Shown piece after piece: positions 22,109 to 36,100 of a stretch of 64,000 nucleotides of DNA. The position numbers were made by a program, and so were the translations under genes. The notes beneath the pieces were generated by a model. It was not told the origin of the DNA, ran no database searches, and worked only from the letters and a program-made list of their open reading frames with translations. The number at the start of each line of letters is the position of its first letter. Positions within the stretch are counted from its first letter, which is position 1. This DNA is from Balanoglossus misakiensis (Eukaryota > Animalia > Hemichordata): contig CM082598.2 of assembly GCA_040954595.2 (NCBI GenBank), forward strand, positions 7,145,097 to 7,209,096, written 5' to 3'.

Positions 22109-24142
22109 AGGGGACCAAGCGCCCTCAGGCGCTTGGTCCCCTTCTGTTATTGCTGGAGTTTTTCTTCTTTCTTCTTGAGTCGTTTTTTTGCGCCCATTTT
22201 TCTCTGAAATTCCGGCAGGTGCGCCTTCCAAATTTGGCACGGTGGTTGGGGCCCATGAGTACTGGTGCACCTGCCCTTTGAATTTGTAATTAGTCACGTG
22301 ACTTTGTGGCTATAATCGAACGAAATTTTCAAATTGACCTATTTTGCACGTTAATGGGGGCATGTACATTCTTTTCGCGATTTTTGTAGACCATGTGGCC
22401 AAAATCCCCTGTGCCAAATTTCAAGGTCCTAGGCCACGTCGATTTTGAGAAGAAGATTTTTGTAATATTTTTCGCATTTTTGGTGGGCTGAGGACGGACA
22501 CTGGGGCATCGGACTTTGACCGTCATTACGTAATGTTGTGGAGATCTCATTAGCAGGCTACTCACTTCTGGCGGGTTGCAGTAGTCCTTGGAAAATCGGC
22601 TGAAATACGTAAACAGACCAGTGATTATTTTCCACGGAATGAATTTTGGGACAGCACATTATCTGAGTTCAGGCTGTGTTAGGGCGTTTTATTGAATTAC
22701 GCTGAGTTTGTTAGCCGTTCAAATGTGTCTACGCAGACCCGGCTACACTGGTTAACATTCAATGTAATGCGGCAGCGGACTTTGACCCTCAGTCGCTAAT
22801 GTGACCGAAATACGTCAGCAGACCAGTGATTTTCTTGCACGAAGGGAGTATGGTACCAGCAATAATCAGAGATCAGGCTTCGTTGCCGTTCAAAAGTTCC
22901 TACTTCAGTCGTGACGTTGCAACTGAACGTTCAGTATGGGGGTTGGCCCGCAGGTGGCCGTGGGGGTTATCAGGTCGCCCGTAATGGCACGCAGCTTCAT
23001 GCAGCTGTATGGGACCAAAATAATACGCCCGATTCGGGGGTCACCTGTGACACCTGCGTAACTCAATTATGTGCATGCGTAATTGTGGGGTCAATGAAAG
23101 GGATGCTAGTGTGGTATTTGTTGCACATGGATCAATATGAAGTCAGATTTTCCTGTCAAGTTATGGGCGACCTTATGTGACATTTCACCTACTTTGGCTT
23201 AGTGAGCATCCACAGCAGATGCATGCAGCTTTGGCGTGGGGGGGGGGGGGCATATACGGAAGGAACCATAATGATATACCAAAGGCGGGGGTCACCTGTT
23301 GCACCTGCCTAAGTCATTGATTTTGTACATTTAATTGGACACTAACCAACAGGGCAATAGGTGTGGTTTTTGTTCCACAGGGACGAATGTAAGTGTCAGT
23401 TTGTTTTTGCCCAAATGTATAAGTTGATTTGGATGACCTCTGTCGTACAGTACCATATCTCAGCCCGTTGTACAGGTGCAGCTTTGGTATTTGGAGGGAT
23501 GAAACTATCATGAAATGCCAAATACAGGGGGATACCTGCGACACCTGCTTGATTCATGTATTACGTGCATACCTAATGGTAGGCAAAGTGAAAGGGCTGC
23601 AAATGTAGGATTTGTTGTACATGACATAAACAGGAATGACAATTTTTTATCAAATTTTTGGGTGACCTCAGGTGTCCATTGACCTGCTTTCCATATGTTA
23701 GCATGCACATCATATATAGCCAGGTGTTTGGAGGGGTAGGCAGGGTAGGACCCTCTGCGTCATGAAATGCTAAATTCCTGGGGCCACCTGTAACTTACTC
23801 GCGTAACTCATTATTATGGCCATATCTAATTTGACAAACCTAAACAGCGAGGATTTTCCGTTGTCTTGAATATGAACCAAATAAGAATCCTCATTTTTGG
23901 CCCAATTTTTGGGTACCCTCAGCTGACCTTTGAAGTATACTTACTGAAGTACAACGTAGAAGTTCACCTTTGGTTGTTGTGTTTGTACTTGTAAGACATC
24001 CATTTCGGGTGGTTGCCTACTTCCCCATATCTCCACATCCAGAGCAAATACAGCCTACGCATTTGAATGGTACAACCCTGAATGGAGTCTAATGGTTATT
24101 AACTCTATGCTTGGGCCCCTTCAATGCTGCTTGCAGCTTTAA
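22109..24142 (-). mobile_element. Full-length non-autonomous Helentron-type element (~2.0 kb) inserted into a satellite T-run
   Basis: Perfect 15-bp hairpin AGGGGACCAAGCGCC-ctca-GGCGCTTGGTCCCCT (22109-22142); asymmetric subterminal inverted repeat GCTTGGGCCCCT (24109-24120, 11/12 match); terminus TGCTGCTTGCAGCTTTAA. Empty site TTGTCATTTTCATATGAT seen at ~18246, ~20176, ~26335 and ~31617. Confidence 0.85.
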
Positions 24143-27100
24143 TTTTCATATGATATTCAACCCATGATTTTTTTCAAAAATCGACGAAATTTCGACATTT
24201 TGCAAAGTTGAAAAATTGTCATTTTTTGATAATTTTTATGAGATATAATCATGATTTTTTTTCAAAAATTGACCAAATTTTTAGATTTTGCAAAGTAAAA
24301 AAATTGTCATATTTTGATGATTTTCATGATCTATAAACCATGTTTTTTTTCAACAATGGACGATTCGCAAAGATTTCGCAAAGTCGAAAGTTTTTTCATT
24401 TTTTGATGATTTTCATGATCTATTACAAAGGAATTTTTTTTCAAAAATCGACGAAATTTGGAGATTTTGCAAAGTTGAACAATTTTCATTTTTTGATGTT
24501 TTTCAACCCATGATTTTTTTCAAAAATCGACGATTCGCAAAGATTTCGCAAAGTCGAAAGTTTTTCATTTTTTGATGATTTTCATGATCTATTACAAAGG
24601 AATTTTTTTTCAAAAATCGACGAAATTTGGAGATTTTGCAAAGTCGAAAAATTGTAATTTTTTGATGATTTTCATGAGCTATAACCCATGTTTTTTTTCA
24701 GAAATCGACGAAATTTTGAGATTTTGCAAAGTCGAAAAAATTTTCTTTTTTTGATGATTTTCATGATCTATTACCCATGATTTTTCTCAAAAATTTACGA
24801 AATTTTGAGATTTTGCAAAGTTGAAAAAATTTCATTTTTTGATGATTTTTAACCCATGATTTTTTTCAAAATTTGACGAAATTTTGAGATTTTGCAAAGT
24901 CTAAAAAATTGTCATTGTTTGATGATTTCCATGATCTATAAGCCATGTTTTTTTTCAAAAATTGACGAAACTTTGAGATTATGCAAAGTTGAAAAATTGT
25001 CATTTTTCATGACTTTCAACCCATGATTTTTTTCAAATATTGACGAAATTTTGAGATATTGCAAAGTTGAAAATTTGTCATTTTTTGATAATTTTTATGA
25101 TATATAATCATGATTTTTTTCAAAAATTGACCAAATTTTTAGATTTTGCAAAGTAAAAAAATTGTCATATTTTGATGATTTTCATGATCTATAAACCATG
25201 TTTTTTTTCAACAATGGACGAAACTTTGAGATTTTGCAAAGTTGAACAATTTTCATTTTTTGATGTTTTTCAACCCATGATTTTTTTCAAAAATCGACGA
25301 TTCGCAAAGATTTCGCAAAGTCGAAAGTTTTTCATTTTTTGATGATTTTCATGATCTATTACCAAGGAATTTTTTTTCAAAAATCGACGAAATTTGGAGA
25401 TTTTGCAAAGTCGAAAACATTGTCAATTTTGATGATTTTCATGATCTTTAAGCCATGGTTTTTTTCAAAAATTGACGAAATTTTGAGATTTTGTAAAGTT
25501 GAAAAATTGTCATTTTTTGATGATTTTCAACCCATGATTTTTTTCAATAATTCACGAATTTTTTTGAGATTTTGCAAAGTTGAAAAATTGTCATTTTTTG
25601 ATGATTTTCAACCCATGTTTTTTTTCAAAAATTGACGAAACTTTGAGATTTTGCAAAGTTGAAAAATTGTCATTTTTTGATGACTTTCAACCCATGATTT
25701 TTTTCAAAAATTGACGAAATTTTTAGATTTTGCAAAGTAAATAAATTGTCAATTTTGATGATTTTCATGATCTATAAGCCATGATTTTTTTCAAAAATTG
25801 ACGAAATTTTGAGATTTTGTAAAGTTGAAAAATTGTCATTTTTTGATGATTTTCATGATCTATAACTCATGATTTTTTTTCAAAAAATGACGAAACTTTG
25901 AGATTTTGCAAAGTTGAAAAATTGTCATTTTTTGATGATTTTCAACCCATGATTTTTTTCAAAAATTGACAAAAGTTTGAGATTTTGCAAAGAAAAAAAT
26001 TGTCATTTTTTGATGATTTTCATGATCTATAACTCATGATTTTTTTCAAAAATTTACGAACTTTCGTGATTTTGCAAAGTTGAAAAATTGTCATTTTTTG
26101 ATGATTTTTAACCCATGATTTTTTTTCAAAATTGACGAAATTTTGAGATTTTGCAAAGTCGAAAAAAATTGTCATTTTTGATGATTTTCATGATCTATTA
26201 CCCACGATTTTTTTCAAAAATTTACGAAATTTCGAGATTTTGCAAAGTTGAAAAATTTTCATTTTTTGATGATTTTTAACCCATGATTTTTTTCAAAAAT
26301 TGACGAAATTTTGAGATATTGCAAAGTTGAAAAATTGTCATTTTCATATGATATTCAACCCATGATTTTTTTCAAAAATCGACGAAATTTCGACATTTTG
26401 CAAAGTTGAAAAATTGTCATTTTTTGATAATTTTTATGAGATATAATCATGATTTTTTTTCAAAAATTGACCAAATTTTTAGATTTTGCAAAGTAAAAAA
26501 ATTGTCATATTTTGATGATTTTCATGATCTATAAACCATGTTTTTTTTTCAACAATGGACGATTCGCAAAGATTTCGCAAAGTCGAAAGTTTTTTCATTT
26601 TTTGATGATTTTCATGATCTATTACAAAGGAATTTTTTTTCAAAAATCGACGAAATTTGGAGATTTTGCAAAGTTGAACAATTTTCATTTTTTGATGTTT
26701 TTCAACCCATGATTTTTTTCAAAAATCGACGATTCGCAAAGATTTCGCAAAGTCGAAAGTTTTTCATTTTTGATGATTTTCATGATCTATTACAAAGGAA
26801 TTTTTTTTTCAAAAATCGACGAAATTTGGAGATTTTGCAAAGTCGAAAAATTGTAATTTTTTGATGATTTTCATGAGCTATAACCCATGTTTTTTTTCAG
26901 AAATCGACGAAATTTTGAGATTTTGCAAAGTCGAAAAAATTTTCTTTTTTTGATGATTTTCATGATCTATTACCCATGATTTTTCTCAAAAATTTACGAA
27001 ATTTTGAGATTTTGCAAAGTTGAAAAAATTTCATTTTTTGATGATTTTTAACCCATGATTTTTTTCAAAATTTGACGAAATTTTGAGATTTTGCAAAGTC

Positions 27101-30100
27101 TAAAAAATTGTCATTGTTTGATGATTTCCATGATCTATAAGCCATGTTTTTTTTCAAAAATTGACGAAACTTTGAGATTATGCAAAGTTGAAAAATTGTC
27201 ATTTTTCATGACTTTCAACCCATGATTTTTTTCAAATATTGACGAAATTTTGAGATATTGCAAAGTTGAAAATTTGTCATTTTTTGATAATTTTTATGAT
27301 ATATAATCATGATTTTTTTCAAAAATTGACCAAATTTTTAGATTTTGCAAAGTAAAAAAATTGTCATATTTTGATGATTTTCATGATCTATAAACCATGT
27401 TTTTTTTCAACAATGGACGAAACTTTGAGATTTTGCAAAGTTGAACAATTTTCATTTTTTGATGTTTTTCAACCCATGATTTTTTTCAAAAATCGACGAT
27501 TCGCAAAGATTTCGCAAAGTCGAAAGTTTTTCATTTTTTGATGATTTTCATGATCTATTACCAAGGAATTTTTTTTTCAAAAATCGACGAAATTTGGAGA
27601 TTTTGCAAAGTCGAAAACATTGTCATTTTTTGATGATTTTCATGATCTATAACCCATGATTTTTCTCAAAAATTTATGAAATTTTGAGATTTGGAAAGTT
27701 GAAAAAATTTCATTTTTTGATGATTTTTAACCCATGATTTTTTTCAATAATTGACGAAATTTTGAGATTTTGCAAAGTCTAAAAAATTGTCATTGTTTGA
27801 TGATTTTCATGATCTATAAGCCATGTTTTTTATCAAAAATTGACGAAACTTTGAGATTTTGCAAAGTTGAAAAATTGTCATTTTTTGATGATTTTGAACA
27901 CATGATTTTTTTCAAAAATTGCCGAAAGTTTGAGATTTTGCAAAGAAAAAAATTGTCATTTTTTGATGATTTTCAACCCATGATTTTTTTCAAAAATTGA
28001 CGAAAGTTTGAGATTTTGCAAAGAAAAAAATTGTCATTTTTTGATGATTTTCATGATCTATAACTCATGATTTTTTTCAAAAATTTACGAACTTTCGTGA
28101 TTTTGCAAAGTTGAAAAATTGTCATTTTTTGATGATTTTTAACCCATGATTTTTTTTTCAAAAATTGACGAAATTTTGAGATATTGCAAAGTTGAAAAAT
28201 TGTCATTTTCATTTGATATTCAACCCATGATTTTTTTCAAAAATCGACGAAATTTTGACATTTTGCAAAGAAAAAAATTGTGATTTTTTTTGATGATTTT
28301 CATGATCTATAATTCATGATTTTTTTCAAAAATTTACGAAATTTCGAGATTTTGCAAAGTTGAAAAAATTTCATTTTTTAAATGATTTTTAACCCATGAA
28401 TTTTTTTCAAAAAATTTACGAAATTTTGAGATTTTGCAAAGTAAAAAATTGTAATTTTTTTTATGTTTTTCATGATCTAATACCCATGTTTTTTTTTCAG
28501 AAATCGACGAAATTTTGAGATTTTGCAAAGTCGAAACAAATTGTCTTTTTTTGATGATTTTCATGATATATAACCCATGATTTTTTTCAAACATTTACGA
28601 AATTTTGAGATTTTGCAAAGTTGAAAAATTGTCATTTTTTGATGATTTTCATGATCTATAACCAATGATTTTTTTCAAATATTGACATAATTTTGAGATT
28701 TTGCAAAGTTCTAAAATTGTCATTTTTTCATGACTTTCAACCCGTGATTTTTTTCAAAAATTGACGGAATTTTGAGATTTTCCAAAGTTGCAAAATTGTC
28801 ATTTTTTGATGATTTTCATGATCTATAACCCATGTTTTTTTCTTCAGAAATCGACGGAATTTTGAGATTTTGCAAAGTTGAAAAATTGTCATTTTTTGAT
28901 TATTTTCAACCCATGATTTTTTTCAATAATTGACGAAATTTTTTGAGATTTTGCAAAGTTGAAAAATTGTCATTTTTTGATGATTTTCATGATCTATAAA
29001 CAATGATTTTTTTCAAATATTGACATAATTTTGAAATTTTGCAAAGTTCTAAAATTGTCATTTTTTCATGACTTTCAACCCATGATTTTTTTCAAAAATT
29101 GACGAAATTTTGAGATTTTGCAAAGTTGAAAAATTGTCATTTTTTGATGATTTTCAACCCATGATTTTTTTCAAAAATTTACGAAATTTTGAGATTTTGC
29201 AAATTTGAAAAATTTTCATTTTTTGATGATTTTCATGATCTATAACCAATGATTTTTTTCAAATATTGACATAATTTTGAGATTTTGCAAAGTTGAAAAA
29301 TTGTCATTTTTTCATGACTTTCAACCCATGATTTTTTTCAAATATTGACGAAATTTTGAGATATTGCAAAGTTGGAAAATTGTCATTTTTAGATGATATT
29401 CAACCCATGATTTTTTTCAAAAATTGACGGAATTTTGAGATTTTCCAAAGTTGAAAAATTGTCATTTTTTGATGATTTTCATGATCTATAACCCATGTTT
29501 TTTTCTTCAGAAATCGACGGAATTTAGAGATTTTGCAAAGTTGAAAAATTGTCATTTTTTGATGATTTTCAACCCATGATTTTTTTCAATAATTGACGAA
29601 ATTTTTTGAGATTTTGCAAAGTTGAAAAATTGTCATTTTTTGATGATTTTCATGATCTATAACCAATGATTTTTTTCAAATATTGACATAATTTTGAGAT
29701 TTTGCAAAGTTGAAAAATTGTCATTTTTTCATGACTTTCAACCCATGATTTTTTTCAAATATTGACGAAATTTTGAGATATTGCAAAGTTGCAAAATTTT
29801 CATTTTTAGATTCTATTCAACCCATGATTTTTTCAAAAATCGACGAAATTTTGACATTTTGCAAAGTTGAAAAATTGTCATTTTTTGTTAATTTTATGAG
29901 ATATAATCATGATTTTTTTCAAAAATTGACGACATTTTTAGATTTTGCTAAGTCTAAAAAATTGTCATTTTTTGATGATTTCATGATCTATGAGCCATGT
30001 TTTTTTTCAAAAATTGACGAATCTTTGAGATTTTGCAAAGCTGAAAAATTGTCATTTTTTGATGATTTTCAACCCATGATTTTTTTCAAATATTGACGAA

Positions 30101-33100
30101 ATTTTGAGATATTGCAAAGTTGAAAAATTGTCATTTTTAGATGATATTCAACCCATGATTTTTTTCAATAATTGACGAATTTTTTTGAGATTTTGCAAAG
30201 TTGAAAAATTGTCATTTTTTGATGATTTTCATGATCTATAACCAATGATTTTTTTCAAATATTGACGAATTTTTGAGATTTTACAAAGTTTAAAAATTGT
30301 CATTTTTTGATGATTTTCATGATCTATAACCAATGATTTTTTTCAAATATTGACATAATTTTGAGATTTTGCAAAGTTGAAAAATTGTCATTTTTTTAAT
30401 GACTTTCAACCCATGATTTTTTTCAAATATTGACGAAATTTTGAGATATTGCAAAGTTGAAAAATTTTCATTTTTAGATGATATTCAACCCATGATTTTT
30501 TTCAAAAATCGACGAAATTTTGACATTTTGCAAAGTTGAAAAATTGTCATTTTTTGTTAATTTTATGAGATATAATCATGATTTTTTTCAAAAATTGACG
30601 AAATTTTTAGATATTGCAAAGTTGAAAAATTGTCATTTTTAGATGATTTTCAACCCATGAATTTTTTCAATAATTGACGAATTTTTTTGAGATTTTGCAA
30701 AGTTGAAAAATTGTCATTTTTTGATGATTTTCATGATCTATAACCAATGATTTTTTTCAAATATTGACGAATTTTTGAGATTTTACAAAGTTCTAAAATT
30801 GTCATTTTTTTCATGACTTTCAACCCGTGATTTTTTTCAACAATTGACGAAATTTTGAGATTTTGCAAAGTAAAAAATTGTAATTTTTTGGTGATTTTCA
30901 TGATCTGTAACCTATATTTTTTTTCAGAAATCGACGAAATTTTTAGATTTTGCAAAGTCAAAAAAATCGTCATTTTTTGATGATTTTCATGATCTATAAG
31001 CCATGTTTTTTTTCAAAAATTGACGAAACTTTGAGATTTTGCAAAGTTGAAAAATTGTTATTTTTTCATGACTTTCAACCCATGATTTTTTCAAATATTG
31101 ACGAAATTTTGAGATATTGCAAAGTTGAAAAATTGTCATTTTTAGCCCATGATTTTTTTCAAAATTTGACGAAATTTTGAGATTTCGCAAAGTCTAAAAA
31201 ATTGTCATTGTTTGATGATATTCAACCCATGATTTTTTTCAAAAATCGACGAAATTTTGACATTTTACAAAGTTGAAAAATTGTCATTTTTTGATGATTT
31301 TCATGATCTATAACTCATGATTTTTTTCAAAAATTTACGAACTTTCGTGATTTTGCAAAGTTGAAAAATTGTCATTTTTTGATGATTTTTAACCCATGAT
31401 TTTTTTTCAAAATTGACGAAATTTTGAGATTTTGCAAAGTCGAAAAAAATTGTCATTTTTTGATGATTTTCATGATCTATAACCCATGATTTTTTTCAAA
31501 AATTTACGAAATTTCGAGATTTTGCAAAGTTGAAAAATTGTCATTTTTTGATGATTTTTAACCCATGATTTTTTTCAAAAATTGACAAAATTTTGAGATA
31601 TTGCAAAGATGAAAAATTGTCATTTTCATATGATATTCAACCCATGATTTTTTTCAAAAATCGACGAAATTTTGACATTTTGCAAAGTTGAAAAATTGTC
31701 ATTTTTTGTTAATTTTATGAGATATAATCATGATTTTTTTCAAAAATTGACGAAATTTTTAGATTTTGCTAAGTCTAAAAAATTGTCATTTTTTGATGAT
31801 TTCATGATCTATGAGCCATGTTTTTTTTCAAAAATTGACGAATCTTTGAGATTTTGCAAAGCTGAAAAATTGTCATTTTTTGATGATTTTCAACCCATGA
31901 TTTTTTTCAAATATTGACGAAATTTTGAGATATTGCAAAGTTGAAAAATTGTCATTTTTAGATGATATTCAACTCATGATTTTTTTCAATAATTGACGAA
32001 TTTTTTTGAGATTTTGCAAAGTTGAAAAATTTTCATTTTTTGATGATTTTCATGATCTATTACCAATGATTATTTTCAAATATTGACATAATTTTGAGAT
32101 TTTGCAAAGTTGAAAAATTGTCATTTTTTTAATGACTTTCAACCCATGATTTTTTTCAAATATTGACAACATTTTGAGATATTGCAAAGTTGAAAAATTT
32201 TCATTTTTAGATGATATTCAACCCATGATTTTTTTCAAAAATCGACGAAATTTTGACATTTTGCAAAGTTGAAAAATTGTCATTTTTTGTTAATTTTATG
32301 AGATATAATCATGATTTTTTTCAAAAATTGACGAATCTTTGAGATTTTGCAAAGCTGAAAAATTGTCATTTTTTGATGATTTTCAACCCATGATTTTTTT
32401 CAAATATTGACGAAATTTTGAGATATTGCAAAGTTGAAAAATTGTCATTTTTAGATGATTTTCAACCCATGATTTTTTTCAATAATTGACGAATTTTTTT
32501 GAGATTTTGCAAAGTTGAAAAATTGTCATTTTTTGATGATTTTCATGACTTTCAACCCATAATTTTTTTTTTCAGAAATCGACGAAATTTTGAGATTTTG
32601 CAAAGTTGAAAAATTATCATTTTTTGATGATTTTCATGATCTATAACTCATTATTTTTTTCAAAAATTTACGAACTTTCGAGATTTTGCAAAGTTGAAAA
32701 AATTTCATTTTTTGATGATTTTTAACCCATGAATTTTTTTCAAAAATTGACGAAATTTTGAGATTTTGCAAAGTTGAAAAATTGTCATTTTTTGATGATT
32801 TTCATGATCTATAACCAATGATTTTTTTCAAATATTGACATAATTTTGAGATTTTGCAAAGTTCTAAAATTGTCATTTTTTCATGACTTTCAACCCATGA
32901 TTTTTTTCAAAAATTGACGAAATTTTTTGAGATTTTGCAAAGTTGAAAAATTGTCATTTTTTGATGATTTTCAACCCATGATTTCTTTCAATAATTGACG
33001 AAATTTTTTGAGATTTTGCAAAGTTGAAAAATTGTCATTTTTTGATGATTTTCGTGATCTATAACCAATGATTTTTTTTCAAATATTGACGAAATTTTGA

Positions 33101-36100
33101 GATTTTGCAAAGTTCTAAAATTGTCATTTTTTCATGACTCTCAACCCATGATTTTTTTCCAAAATTTACGACATTTTGAGATTTTGCAATGTCGATAAAT
33201 TGTCAGTTTTTGAGGATTTTCAACCCATGATTTTTTTTCAATAATTGACGAAATTTTTTGAGATTTTGCAAAGTTGAAAAATTGTCATTTTTTGATGATT
33301 TTCAACCCATGATTTTTTTCAATAATTGACTAAATTTCTTGTGATTTTGCAAAATTGAAAAATGGTCATTTTTTGATGATTTTCATGATCTATAACCAAT
33401 GATTTTTTTTCAAAAATCGACGAAATTTTGACATTTTGCATAGTTGAAAAATTGTCATTTTTTGATGATTTTCAACCCATGATTTTTTTTCAAAAATCGG
33501 CGAAATTTGGATATTTTGCAAAGTTGAAAAATTGTCATTTTTTGATGATTTTCATGACTTTCAACCCATGATTTTTTTTTCAGAAATCGACGAAATTTTG
33601 AGATTTTGCAAAGTTGAAAAATTGTCATTTTTTGATGATTTTCAACCCATGATTTTGTTCAATAATTGACGAAATATTTTGAGATTTTGCAAAGTTAAAA
33701 ATTGTCATTTTTTGATGATTTTCAACCCATGATTTTTTTTCAATAATTGACGAAATTTTTTGAGATTTTGCAAAGTTGAAAAATTGTCATTTTTTGATGA
33801 TTTTCAACCCATGATTTTTTTCAATAATTGACGAAATTTTTTGAGATTTTGCAAAATTGAAAAATGGTCATTTTTTGATGATTTTCATGACTTTCAACCC
33901 ATGATTTTTTTTCAGAAATCGACGAAATTTTGAGATTTTGCAAAGTTGAAAAATTGTCATTTTTTGATGATTTTCATGACTTTCAACCCATGATTTTTTT
34001 TTCAGAAATCGACGAAATTTTGAGATTTTGCAAAGTTGAAAAATTATCATTTTTTGATGATTTTCATGATCTATAACTCATTATTTTTTTCAAAAATTTA
34101 CGAACTTTCGAGATTTTGCAAAGTTGAAAAAATTTCATTTTTTGATGATTTTTAACCCATGAATTTTTTTCAAAAATTGACGAAATTTTGAGATTTTGCA
34201 AAGTTGAAAAATTGTCATTTTTTGATGATTTTCATGATCTATAACCAATGATTTTTTTCAAATATTGACATAATTTTGAGATTTTGCAAAGTTCTAAAAT
34301 TGTCATTTTTTCATGACTTTCAACCCATGATTTTTTTCAAAAATTGACGAAATTTTTTGAGATTTTGCAAAGTTGAAAAATTGTCATTTTTTGATGATTT
34401 TCAACCCATGATTTCTTTCAATAATTGACGAAATTTTTTGAGATTTTGCAAAGTTGAAAAATTGTCATTTTTTGATGATTTTCGTGATCTATAACCAATG
34501 ATTTTTTTTCAAATATTGATGAAATTTTGAGATTTTGCAAAGTTCTAAAATTGTCATTTTTTCATGACTCTCAACCCATGATTTTTTTCCAAAATTTACG
34601 ACATTTTGAGATTTTGCAAAGTCGATAAATTGTCAGTTTTTGAGGATTTTCAACCCATGATTTTTTTCAATAATTGACGAAATTTTTTGAGATTTTGCAA
34701 AGTTGAAAAATTGTCATTATTTGATGATTTTCATGACTTTCAACCCATGATTTTTTTTCAGAAATCGACGAAATTTTGAGATTTTGCAAAGTTGAAAAAT
34801 TTTCATTTTTTGATGATTTTCAACCCATGATTTTGTTCAATAATTGACGAAATTTTGAGATTTTGCAAAGTTGAAAAATTGTCATTTTTTGATGATTTTT
34901 AACCCATGATTTTTTTCAAAAATTGACGAAATTTTGAGATTTTTCAAAGTTGAAAAATTGTCATTTTTTGATGATTTTCAACCCATGATTTTTTTTTATT
35001 ATTGACGAAACTTTTTGAGATTTTGCAAAGTTGAAAAATTGTCATTTTTTGATGATTTTCATGATCTATAACCCATGTTTTTTTCTTCAGAAATCGACGA
35101 AATTTTGAGATTTTGCAAAGTTGAAAAATTGTCATTTTTTGATGATTTTCATGACTTTCAACCCATGATTTTTTTTTCAGAAATCGACGAAATTTTGAGA
35201 TTTTGCAAAGTTGAAAAATTATCATTTTTTGATGATTTTCATGATCTATAACTCATTATTTTTTTCAAAAATTTACGAACTTTCGAGATTTTGCAAAGTT
35301 GAAAAAATTTCATTTTTTGATGATTTTTAACCCATGAATTTTTTTCAAAAATTGACGAAATTTTGAGATTTTGCAAAGTTGAAAAATTGTCATTTTTTGA
35401 TGATTTTCATGATCTATAACCAATGATTTTTTTCAAATATTGACATAATTTTGAGATTTTGCAAAGTTCTAAAATTGTCATTTTTTCATGACTTTCAACC
35501 CATGATTTTTTTCAAAAATTGACGAAATTTTTTGAGATTTTGCAAAGTTGAAAAATTGTCATTTTTTGATGATTTTCAACCCATGATTTCTTTCAATAAT
35601 TGACGAAATTTTTTGAGATTTTGCAAAGTTGAAAAATTGTCATTTTTTGATGATTTTCGTTATCTATAACCAATGATTTTTTTTCAAATATTGACGAAAT
35701 TTTGAGATTTTGCAAAGTTCTAAAATTGTCATTTTTTCATGACTCTCAACCCATGATTTTTTTCCAAAATTTACGACATTTTGAGATTTTGCAAAGTCGA
35801 TAAATTGTCAGTTTTTGAGGATTTTCAACCCATGATTTTTTTCAATAATTGACGAAATTTTTTGAGATTTTGCAAAGTTGAAAAATTGTCATTTTTTGAT
35901 GATTTTCATGATCTATAACCAATGATTTTTTTCAAATATTGACTAAATTTTGAGATTTTGCGTAGTTCTAAAATTGTCATTTTTTCATGACTTTCAACCC
36001 ATGATTTTTTTCAAAAATTGACGAAATTTTGAGATTTTGCAAAGTTGAAAAATTGTCATTTTTTGATGATTTTTAACCCATGATTTTTTTCAAAAATTGA

